Origin: Verrucomicrobiia bacterium
GTDB lineage: Bacteria; Verrucomicrobiota; Verrucomicrobiia; Palsa-1439
Assembly: GCA_050013395.1 (NCBI GenBank)
Contig: JBEKFI010000010.1
Span: 1 to 63,502, forward strand
Direction of reading: 5' to 3'
DNA length: 63,502 bases
In this document: positions 38,592 to 51,312 of the stretch, piece by piece
Position numbering within the stretch: the first letter of the stretch is position 1
Layout of the letters: every line of letters begins with the position of its first letter
The notes under the pieces: model-generated
Seen by the model: the letters and a program-made list of their open reading frames with translations, nothing else
Told to the model about the DNA's origin: nothing
Database searches by the model: none
Program-made: the position numbers and the translations under genes

Positions 38592-40739
38592 CTACAGCGT
38601 TTGCAGGATTTCGGCAGAAACTTTTTCGATGCGGTCGATGCGGAGCTCTTGCGGGCCGGTTTCGCCGCTGGCCTCGACGGTGTCGCCGACGCGTTTGTTG
38701 AGGAGAGTTTGGGCGAGAGCGGCGGGGTAGCTGATGATGCCACGGGCGGGGTCGCTGTCCCATGCGCCGAGGATGTGGTGGGTGTGTTGCTGGCTGGTGG
38801 CGGGATCGGTGACGGTGACGCTGGTGCCGATGCCGACGGTATCGGTTTTGGCGTCGGCGAAATCTTTTGCCTGGGCGCGGTAGAGGAGAATCTCCAGTTC
38901 GGCGCGGCGGCGCATGAGCAGCTTTTGCATGTCTTTGGCGGCCTTGTACTCAAAGTTCTCGCTGAGGTCACCGTAGCTGCGCGCTTGCGCAATCTCCTTG
39001 CTGTTTTGCGGGATTTTTTTTCGGATGATGTCGTCGAGTTCCGCTTGGCGCTTGTGATAGCTGGCCCACGAGACGATCAACGGCTGCTCCTTCACGGTCT
39101 TGGTGACGACGAATTCCTGTACGAACGGGAACTCTTTGATCAGCCGCGCCATCAGCGAACGGCGGTCGAGTTCGTCGAAGGCGGAACTGGCCATGAGCTG
39201 GCGCGCGATGCCGCGGACGGTCTCTGTGTCGGTGTTGGCGAGCAGGTCCACCAACAGCGACGCGTCGTCGAGCAGAAGGTCGTGGAGTTTCTTTGTCGAT
39301 TTGCCCGAACCTGATTCCAGCACGCTGAAGACGGCCAGCGCGAGCGGCACACTTTGCAGCGGCTGAAGCCAATCGGTCGAGGAGATGTTTTTGCAGATCC
39401 AGCAGAGTAGTTCTGGGTTGGCGCTCTGGTTCTGGACAAGTTGAGCGATCTGCACCGACGCTTGTGGGAGAAGATCGGCCATCTCGTCCAGGATTTTGGC
39501 GGAGAAATAATTGATGGTCTTCAGCAGGCGATCTGCTTGGGAGACTTTGAGGGCGGCCATCGCCCGTTTCTGGGCCGCGGCGCTCAGGTTCTCCAAGACG
39601 CCGGGCAGGTTTTCGATTCGGCCCAGGATTTCGGCCACAAGCTGCGGCGTATCCTCGGTCGGCGTGCGCTGGTGGGCGCGAAGTTCTTCGAGGAGAAGCG
39701 CGGCTTCGAGCCGTTCGGCTTGATAGCTGGCTTTGGTTTTGCCGATCGCGTCCAGCAGGCCATCCTGAAATTCTTGGAGCAACAGTTCCGGATCGCTGAT
39801 TTCGTCCAAGATCTTCAGGAACTGGCGCGCGATATTGGTCTTTTGCTTCAAGCTTGGCGCGGTCCGAAACGCTTCAAGAAGTTCGTCCTGCTGCGACACG
39901 GGCGCGGTGCGGAGGACGACGGGATCGGTCTTCTTGGCGGGCCAGACAAAGTGTGGATCGCGTTTGGCCAGTTTTCTTACGTTGTCCAACCATCTTCTCC
40001 AGTCGGCGGTTGGGATGACTGAGCCGGAAAGGATCGTTTCGAGTCGATCGGCTGTGACGGCGTGGTTGTAACCGACCAGCACGATGTGGAGAAGATCAAG
40101 TGGATCGTTGGCCGCCAGTTGCTTCAGACTGTCCATGTCGGTGATCTTGCGAACCTCGATATGGTCGGCGCTGACGGGCGTCAGACTTTCGGCGGCATAC
40201 GAGAGCTGCATGGCGTGGTCGGGATTGTGCGGGAACGCCACAACAATGCGGCTCAAGGTGGTGTCGAACGCTTTGACGCGACCGAAACCCCAGCTTTTAT
40301 GCTGACAAAACGCGCCGACACTGAGCGCCAAGAGTGTGTCTGCCTTGGTGATTGCAGCAGGCAGAGGCGAGCGTTCCAATTCTGCGATGCCCAGAATCGT
40401 TCTCAGACGCGGATCGGACTGGTAAATCTGCTGATACGCCTCGGTCAACTCGGCACGCAGCAGTTTATCATTCGGCTTGGCGGCTGCCTGTAACTTCAAT
40501 GCATAAAGCCATTCGTGAAGTTTGCCTGCTGACTTCAGATCGGGAACGAGAAGTGACGCCAACTCCGCAGCGGACGCGCCCTGCCCGACGTCGGCGAAGT
40601 CCTTGACGAGCAGCAGCAGAAACTCCGGCTGACCAGCCAGTTTCTCGGCCAACTCCAGCCACAATGTCTGGCCAGCTTCCCACTCGCCGCGAGCAAGCAA
40701 ATCCTTCAACTGCTGATGATAACCCTCAGTGGCAGCCAT
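38592..40739 (-). CDS. Large protein with a complete C-terminal GreA/GreB-like module
   Basis: ATG 40739 (MAATEGYHQQL). The last 150 aa or so contain SYGDLSENFEYKAAKDMQ (coiled-coil acidic tip) and an FKBP-like GreA C-domain (GIGTSVTV..ISYPAALAQTLLNKRVGDTVE). The helical N-terminus of about 560 aa is of unknown family. Confidence 0.75.
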   Translation of the reverse strand: MAATEGYHQQLKDLLARGEWEAGQTLWLELAEKLAGQPEFLLLLVKDFADVGQGASAAELASLLVPDLKSAGKLHEWLYALKLQAAAKPNDKLLRAELTEAYQQIYQSDPRLRTILGIAELERSPLPAAITKADTLLALSVGAFCQHKSWGFGRVKAFDTTLSRIVVAFPHNPDHAMQLSYAAESLTPVSADHIEVRKITDMDSLKQLAANDPLDLLHIVLVGYNHAVTADRLETILSGSVIPTADWRRWLDNVRKLAKRDPHFVWPAKKTDPVVLRTAPVSQQDELLEAFRTAPSLKQKTNIARQFLKILDEISDPELLLQEFQDGLLDAIGKTKASYQAERLEAALLLEELRAHQRTPTEDTPQLVAEILGRIENLPGVLENLSAAAQKRAMAALKVSQADRLLKTINYFSAKILDEMADLLPQASVQIAQLVQNQSANPELLCWICKNISSTDWLQPLQSVPLALAVFSVLESGSGKSTKKLHDLLLDDASLLVDLLANTDTETVRGIARQLMASSAFDELDRRSLMARLIKEFPFVQEFVVTKTVKEQPLIVSWASYHKRQAELDDIIRKKIPQNSKEIAQARSYGDLSENFEYKAAKDMQKLLMRRRAELEILLYRAQAKDFADAKTDTVGIGTSVTVTDPATSQQHTHHILGAWDSDPARGIISYPAALAQTLLNKRVGDTVEASGETGPQELRIDRIEKVSAEILQTL

Positions 40740-40882
40740 AGCGCAAAAGGCCCGATTGTAATGGAGACGCGGCCATTGCCAAACTAAAAACGCCCCACAA
40801 TCTAGCGAGCGGATTTTTGCTGGGCAACCATAAGGGCGCGACCGATAACAGAGCCGCCGCCAAAACGCCGGTGCTTTGGAGT

Positions 40883-40962
40883 GCGCCGACTTGTCGGCGC
40901 TTTGTTGTTCGGCTGTTGTCGATCTGCGGTCAGAACACGGCAAAGCGGTGACAAGTCACCGC
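40883..40962. repeat. Two GC-rich hairpins in opposite orientation
   Basis: GCGCCGACTTGTCGGCGC (40883-40900) and GCGGTGACAAGTCACCGC (40945-40962). Confidence 0.6.
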
Positions 40963-40971
40963 ACGCCAAGA

Positions 40972-41451
40972 CTACACGTCGAAAATCACCGTCGCGCGCC
41001 ACCGGCCGTCGGCTGTCTGCTCCACGCGCAACTGGTGATAGGTCACCGCTTTGATCTCTTCGTTGGTTTGAGAACGAGAGAAATCAATCGTGCCGCCGCT
41101 CAACGTCGCATGCAACTCAAATGTGGGAACGGCATCCTCGCCGCGATTCACCGTGCCCTTCGCGCCGGGGACGGCGCTCCCACAAACGGTGAGTGACGCA
41201 ATCTCATCAAAAAGAACGTGGTTGGCTTCGACTTCGTACAGCAGTTCCGCCAGCCAGTCGTGCAGCAAGTCCTCCAGCGATTCCGCCCGCAGTTCTATTG
41301 ACTTCTGAGTTCTGACCCCTGTCGTCTCCAGTTTCCCCAGCACCTCGTACATCGCCTGCGCGGCGTTGCTGAACAACTCCGGCAACGTCGCCCCGTAGAT
41401 GTGGACGCCGACATCGGCGGTGTGGTCGAAAAACTCGTAGGGTTTCGGCAT
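40972..41451 (-). CDS. Archease
   Basis: YEFFDHTADVGVHIYGATLPELFSNAAQAM at the N-terminus and IKAVTYHQLRVEQ near the C-terminus. Confidence 0.85.
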   Translation of the reverse strand: MPKPYEFFDHTADVGVHIYGATLPELFSNAAQAMYEVLGKLETTGVRTQKSIELRAESLEDLLHDWLAELLYEVEANHVLFDEIASLTVCGSAVPGAKGTVNRGEDAVPTFELHATLSGGTIDFSRSQTNEEIKAVTYHQLRVEQTADGRWRATVIFDV

Positions 41452-41511
41452 CGACCCGATTCTGACCTACTTTTCGGCTTCTGACCACTTCGCTTTTTAT
41501 GTCTCGGTTCG

Positions 41512-41612
41512 TTGTAGCTGCGCTTCTATGAAGCGCAGGCCATGGCGATACGTGCGCGGGATTGGCGCTTCGTTCACCCCGAAAGCTTTCGGGGCAGGGA
41601 AGCGCCGCTACA
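41512..41612. repeat. REP-like composite palindrome, family 1
   Basis: TTGTAGCTGCGCTTCTATGAAGCGCAG...GCTTCGTTCACCCCGAAAGCTTTCGGGGCAGGGAAGCGCCGCTACA. The last 50 nt or so are nearly identical to 46722-46773. Confidence 0.85.
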
Positions 41613-42693
41613 CCTTCTCATGCTGCAGGCGCAGTTGTCCGCAAGCAGCGTTGATGTCGGTGCCTTTCTCGATGCGCAACGTGGCGGCGATGCCGTGCTC
41701 GCGCAGGGTGTGCTGGAACATCTTGCAGCGGTCGCGATCAGGGCGCTTCCACGGCAGACCTTCCACGGGGTTGCAGGGAATCAGATTCACCTTCGCGCGA
41801 AGCCGACGAGCCATCGCGCCGAGCTTGTGCGCCTGTTCGAGCGTGTCGTTGACGCCGTCGATGAGGATGTACTCGAAGGTCATCATGCGGTGCTTCGTGT
41901 TGCAGTAGTAATCGCAAGCGGCGAGCAATTCCTTGAGCGGATACTTCTTGTTCACGGGCATGATGCGTTCGCGGACTTGGTCGGTCGCACCGTGCAGCGA
42001 AACCGCAAGGCGAATCTGCATCGGGTCATCGGCCAGTTGTTTGATGCGCGGCGCGACGCCGGCGGTGGAGACGGTGATCTTGCGCGCGCCGATGCCAAGC
42101 GCCCACGGCGCGTTGAGAATGCGGAGTGCGCGCATGACGGCGTCGTAGTTGGCCAGCGGTTCGCCCATGCCCATAACAACCACGTTCGTGGGGCGTTGAA
42201 GCGTTAAGCGTTGAAGCGCGACGACCTGATCGACGATCTCGGCGGCGGAGAGGTTGCGTTTCACGCCTTCCAAGCCGCTCGCGCAGAACTTGCAGCCATA
42301 AGCGCAACCCACCTGCGTGGACACGCACACCGTGTGGCGATCACTGCTCGTGGTCAGTCCCGGCGTCGCGGGGATGAGCACGGTCTCGATGAGCGAATGA
42401 TCGTGCAGCTCGAACAGGAACTTCTCCGTCGTATCGGTCGAACTTCGCGTCCGCACATTGCGCACGGCGCACAACTCAAAGCTCTCCGCCAGTTTCTGGC
42501 GCAGCGGGGCAGGCAGATTGCTCATCTGGTCGAACAATTCGACTTGCTTTTGGTAAATCCACTGCAAGACTTGGTCGGCGCGATACGCCGGTTCGCGCCA
42601 CCCGGCGAGCCTGGCAGCCAGTTCATCGCGGAAGAGCGATTTGATGTCGGTTTTCGCAGCCACAGATGCACAAAGATTAGCATGGATTGCCAA
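41608..42693 (-). CDS. rlmN: 23S rRNA/tRNA adenine-C2 methyltransferase (radical SAM)
   Basis: CVSTQVGCAYGCKFCASG (CxxxCxxC), VVMGMGEPLANYD and SLHGATDQVR. Confidence 0.92.
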   Translation of the reverse strand: MAIHANLCASVAAKTDIKSLFRDELAARLAGWREPAYRADQVLQWIYQKQVELFDQMSNLPAPLRQKLAESFELCAVRNVRTRSSTDTTEKFLFELHDHSLIETVLIPATPGLTTSSDRHTVCVSTQVGCAYGCKFCASGLEGVKRNLSAAEIVDQVVALQRLTLQRPTNVVVMGMGEPLANYDAVMRALRILNAPWALGIGARKITVSTAGVAPRIKQLADDPMQIRLAVSLHGATDQVRERIMPVNKKYPLKELLAACDYYCNTKHRMMTFEYILIDGVNDTLEQAHKLGAMARRLRAKVNLIPCNPVEGLPWKRPDRDRCKMFQHTLREHGIAATLRIEKGTDINAACGQLRLQHEKV

Positions 42694-43102
42694 CGACTGT
42701 CATGCCGGGCTAATCAAACCATCGTCCCAGTTGTCGCGATGATACCCTCCAGAGGAGGGTACCATGCTGGCCGACAGCGAACCAGAATGCAGAAGGAAGA
42801 GATCTGACCCCGCTACCACGCGGGTTCCCATGCCCGGTCCGGTCCCACGGCCTGATTTTCGTGAGGCCCGATAGGTATTAATCCTTGCACCACAGATCAA
42901 AGCAGTTGCGTGAGCAAAACGGGTTCCCGTGGCGGTTGTGGTGGCGGAACGCACAGGGTGCGGAGTTGGGCGGAAGTTTCGCTGCGGTGTGAACCAAGAA
43001 TTGGAACTTCACATTCAGGAGACTGCGGTCGTAACATCGACCCTCGCGGGCGTCACCGGGGACGTCAGGCTTGGCGCCACCAGTGAGGCCCGCAACTGTG
43101 GA

Positions 43103-43162
43103 CTAACGTTTCTTCTTTCCAGCCTTCTTCTTACCCTTCACGCCTTTTTTCTTCGCTGCCAT
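43103..43162 (-). CDS. Possible 19-aa lysine-rich micro-ORF
   Basis: ATGGCAGCGAAGAAAAAAGGC... encodes MAAKKKGVKGKKKAGKKKR*, with GGGGGTGA 6 nt upstream of the ATG. I can cite no homology, so this is speculative. Confidence 0.2.
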   Translation of the reverse strand: MAAKKKGVKGKKKAGKKKR

Positions 43163-43423
43163 TGGACGTCACCCCCGTTTCTGCCCTGTGAAGAGCTATT
43201 GCACGCCACCATGAACGTGCTCACGCAATTACACCAGCACAAAGAAGCGAAAATAAAGAATTCTTTTCGAGCGGTTTTGTTAAACGTGATCGCGCTGCGC
43301 TTTGACAGAAGGATCAGGACAGCGAAGCGAACTTCTCAAGTTACAAGATTTGGCCCGACGACCATGCTGGGTTTTCGCCCTGTCGCGTTGCAGCTTGTGA
43401 CCACCTTAACCGACGGGCAAACC

Positions 43424-43520
43424 GCTCCTACGAACGGCAAAGAGGACAGAGGTTCTTCGCCCGCCCCGAAAGCCCCGACTGTGTCGGGGTGAACCTTCGA
43501 GCTAAACTCAGAATGACAGC
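43424..43520. repeat. REP/MITE-like repeat, family 2
   Basis: GCTCCTACGAACGGCAAAGAGGACAGAGG..CCCCGAAAGCCCCGACTGTGTCGGGG..CTCAGAATGACAG. Related copies lie at 43654 and 51583. Confidence 0.6.
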
Positions 43521-43653
43521 GATTGGAGAATTGCTACTCTTCGTGTGCTTCGTGCGCTTCGTGGTGAATGACAGCCTGGATCGCAGCAGAGCCTGTCCTG
43601 AGTCCGTCGAAAGTCCTGCCGGCGGGCAGATCCGCCTGCTGGCGGAGAATGCC

Positions 43654-43706
43654 GCTCCCACGAACGGCAACGACAGAGACCCTTCGACTTCGCTCAGGGT
43701 GACAAC
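43654..43706. repeat. REP/MITE-like repeat, family 2
   Basis: GCTCCCACGAACGGCAACGACAGAGACCCTTCGACTTCGCTCAGGGTGACAAC. Confidence 0.6.
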
Positions 43707-43777
43707 CGACACGGAAGCCGTCGCGCGGAATCGCGACCTTCCAAGGCCCTGTGGCCTCTGTGTCTCTGTGGTGAGAA

Positions 43778-46246
<2,469 letters not shown>

Positions 46247-46255
46247 GATTGGGTC

Positions 46256-46648
46256 CTATTGTTTGGCTAAGAAAAGTTTTGTAGTCGTCAGGAAACTCTC
46301 GGCATCCACCAGCAACTCGGTGAGCCGGCCAGCGTCGGGCGGGGCGTCGGATCCGAGGTCTGCGTCGTGATGGAGTTGGGTGGCGCGTTTGAAGCGGTCG
46401 CCGATTTCGTGCGGGACCAGTCCCGTCTTGACGAACTCGCGTTGGAATTTGGCTGCAACGCCGCCGTCGCGCGACGGGCCGAATTCCTTCGTGGCCAGCA
46501 GCGCGCAGGCGCAGTAGAACATCGCGAAATAGATACGATCCATCGCGCCGCGCCGCATGTCTTTCTCGACCAACAGACGCGCCTCGGTCAGGCTTTCGGT
46601 CGCCTGCGCGATCCGCATGTCGATCAAATCGTTGGCCTCGGGTGTCAT
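46256..46648 (-). CDS. HEPN-domain protein (no nucleotidyltransferase partner in the window)
   Basis: 130-aa all-helical protein. ATESLTEARLLVEKDMRRGAMDRIYFAMFYCACALL is typical of a HEPN N-helix. An R-x4-H motif is present (RATQLH). The stop is 9 nt from the gyrA ATG. Confidence 0.7.
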   Translation of the reverse strand: MTPEANDLIDMRIAQATESLTEARLLVEKDMRRGAMDRIYFAMFYCACALLATKEFGPSRDGGVAAKFQREFVKTGLVPHEIGDRFKRATQLHHDADLGSDAPPDAGRLTELLVDAESFLTTTKLFLAKQ

Positions 46649-46659
46649 ACCGCAAATAG

Positions 46660-46773
46660 TTGTAGGCCGACTCTTTGCCCCGACATCCGATGTCGGGGTG
46701 AATGAGTCGGCGTTCCCTCCCGCGCCGCTTCGTTCACCCCGAAAGCTTTCGGGGCAGGGAAGCGGCCTACAAA
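46660..46773. repeat. REP-like composite palindrome, family 1 (longest copy)
   Basis: TTGTAGGCCGACTC..CCCCGACATCCGATGTCGGGG..GAGTCGGC..GCTTCGTTCACCCCGAAAGCTTTCGGGGCAGGGAAGCGGCCTACAA. Confidence 0.85.
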
Positions 46774-46786
46774 ACCTTGAGCCAGC

Positions 46787-49612
<2,826 letters not shown>

Positions 49613-49643
49613 TGTGCAAGTTAAGCGATGTACTAATGATTAT

Positions 49644-50063
49644 ATGAAGGTGTCTGTAAAGGCCGATTATGCATGCCGAGCCGTGGAGGCATTGTCGCTT
49701 CATCATCCAAACAATCGACCGCTGCGGATCGAGCAGATTGCTCAGCGTGAAGCTATTCCTTCGAACTACCTGGTGCAGATTCTGATCGAGTTGAAGAGTA
49801 AGGGGTTGATCAAGAGCCACCGTGGCAAGGCAGGAGGGTATGTATTAGCGAAACCTCCCAAGGAAATCACGGTCGGCGATGTGGTTCGGGCTGTTCATGG
49901 AGAACTGGTGGAGCTTTCGGCCCTGGCGGATTCGGCCTGCCCACAGGAAATCCAAAAGGTCTGGAGGCGAATCAAGTTTGCCGCTGAAGAAGTGGCGAAC
50001 AACGCGACGTTTGAAGCGATTTGCGCGGAAGCCACCAGTCGAACGCAAATGTATTACATCTAG
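49644..50063 (+). CDS. Rrf2-family transcriptional regulator (IscR/CymR-like)
   Basis: MKVSVKADYACRAVEALSL..IEQIAQREAIPSNYLVQILIELKSKGLIKSHRGKAGGYVLAKPPKEITVGDVVRAV. Confidence 0.85.
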   Translation: MKVSVKADYACRAVEALSLHHPNNRPLRIEQIAQREAIPSNYLVQILIELKSKGLIKSHRGKAGGYVLAKPPKEITVGDVVRAVHGELVELSALADSACPQEIQKVWRRIKFAAEEVANNATFEAICAEATSRTQMYYI

Positions 50064-50074
50064 GATTTCAGTTA

Positions 50075-50102
50075 TTGACAGGTTTTTGTTCTTTGATATA
50101 GT
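50075..50102 (+). promoter_or_regulatory. Candidate sigma-70 promoter for the riboswitch-led operon
   Basis: TTGACA, 16 nt spacer, TATAGT. It lies about 35 nt upstream of the riboswitch P1 stem. Confidence 0.45.
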
Positions 50103-50136
50103 TCCCCCGCGTCGTTCCGCGTAAAGCCGAACGACA

Positions 50137-50272
50137 CCTCTTATCAAGAGCGGTCGAGGGACTGGCCCTGTGAAGCCGCGGCAACCGTCCCCCGAAGGAA
50201 TTCGGGGGAGACAAGGTGCCAATTCCAACTCCGAATCCCGATGAACTGTCGGGTAGCGGGGGAAGATGAGGG
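50137..50272 (+). promoter_or_regulatory. SAM-I (S-box) riboswitch
   Basis: CCTCTTATCAAGAGCGGTCGAGGGACTGGCCCTGTGAAGCCGCGGCAACC...GGTGCCAATTCC...AGATGAGGG matches the S-box core (CUUAUCAAGAG.GG.GGAGGGACUGGCCC.AUGAA.CC.GCAACC ... GGUGC.AAUUCC ... AGAUGAG). Confidence 0.85.
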
Positions 50273-50292
50273 AGAGACAAGTGTCATTTGGT

Positions 50293-50347
50293 TGCCTCTT
50301 CACTGCTTGCCCCGTCAAATCGGGGAGGCTGACGAGGCAGTTTTTTT
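50293..50347 (+). terminator. Riboswitch expression-platform terminator
   Basis: TGCCTC..CCCCGtcaaatCGGGG..GAGGCA followed by TTTTTTT (50341-50347). It lies 42 nt before the ThrC-like ATG. Confidence 0.65.
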
Positions 50348-50388
50348 GCCCTTCAGCGGACGAGTCTTTGTGGAGAAGAAAGGTGTGC

Positions 50389-51303
50389 ATGAAAGCGAAA
50401 CACGGTTTCTTCACTAGTCTGAAATGCCGCGAATGCGGGCGCCGCTACCGGAAGGAAGCGCTCCACGTCTGCGAATTCTGCTTCGGTCCGCTCGAGGTTG
50501 ATTACGACTACGACGCGATCAGGTCGGTACTGACGCGCGATCGCATCCTATCCCGTTCTCAAACGATGTGGCGTTACCGCGAGTTGTTGCCGATCGATGG
50601 CGAGGCAACGGTAGGGTTTCAGGTCGGATTTACCCCTCTCGTCAAAGCGGACTGCTTGGCCAAACGATTTGGGCTGCGCGAGGTGTGGGTGAAAAACGAC
50701 ACCGTCAATTACCCCACCTTGTCGTTCAAGGATCGCGTGGTCAGCGTGGGGTTGTCGCGGGCGCGGGAGATGGGATTCGAGATCGTCGCCTGCGCTTCGA
50801 CGGGCAACTTGGCCAACTCTGTTGCGGCGAACGCGGCCAGCGTTGGGCTGAAGAACCATGTGTTCTTCCCTGCCGACCTAGAGACGGGTAAAGTGGTCGG
50901 CTCGCTGGTGTGTGGCTCGAACGTCATTGGGATTCACGGCATGTATGACGAGGTCAACCGCCTTTGCAGCGAAATCGCAGGCAAGTACGGTTGGGCGTTC
51001 GTGAACGTGAATATCCGGCCTTACTATGCGGAAGGCTCAAAGGCGATGGGGTTTGAGATCGCTGAGCAACTCGGGTGGACGTTGCCCGATCACGTCGCCG
51101 TGCCGATGGCTGGCGGCTCGCTGATTACCAAGATTCACAAGTCGTTCAAAGAGTTCGTCAAGCTCGGGTTGGTGGACAAACACGACGTGCACATTCACGG
51201 CGCACAAGCAGAAGGCTGTGCTCCCATCGTCAACGCCATGAAGGACGGGCGACGAAATCTCGATTATCCCCGCCATCGCGGGCGGGTGTCGTTAACCTTT
51301 TGA
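50389..51303 (+). CDS. Threonine-synthase-like PLP enzyme with an N-terminal zinc ribbon (MetM-like candidate), apparently C-terminally truncated
   Basis: CRECG..CEFCFGPLEVDYDY zinc ribbon, PLP-lysine motif YPTLSFKDR, and ASTGNLANS. Collinear with archaeal-type ThrC only up to GAQAEGCAPIVNAMKDG, then a divergent 18-aa tail and a stop. About 130 aa of the expected C-terminal domain are absent. Confidence 0.7.
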   Translation: MKAKHGFFTSLKCRECGRRYRKEALHVCEFCFGPLEVDYDYDAIRSVLTRDRILSRSQTMWRYRELLPIDGEATVGFQVGFTPLVKADCLAKRFGLREVWVKNDTVNYPTLSFKDRVVSVGLSRAREMGFEIVACASTGNLANSVAANAASVGLKNHVFFPADLETGKVVGSLVCGSNVIGIHGMYDEVNRLCSEIAGKYGWAFVNVNIRPYYAEGSKAMGFEIAEQLGWTLPDHVAVPMAGGSLITKIHKSFKEFVKLGLVDKHDVHIHGAQAEGCAPIVNAMKDGRRNLDYPRHRGRVSLTF

Positions 51304-51312
51304 AAGGACAAC

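Noticed and set aside
42694-43102. Possible structured RNA gene (tmRNA, RNase P RNA, SRP RNA or 6S) upstream of rlmN
   Set aside because: None of the invariant cores I know was visible on either strand (GGAAAGUCCGGGC for RNase P, the tmRNA tRNA-like ends, the SRP GGAA/AGCA motif). The region is left unassigned pending a covariance-model scan.
42929-43492. 187-aa plus-strand ORF in the rlmN-gyrA gap
   Set aside because: It runs through REP/MITE-like repeats and through the antisense of the lysine-rich micro-ORF. Its composition is erratic and it has no motifs.
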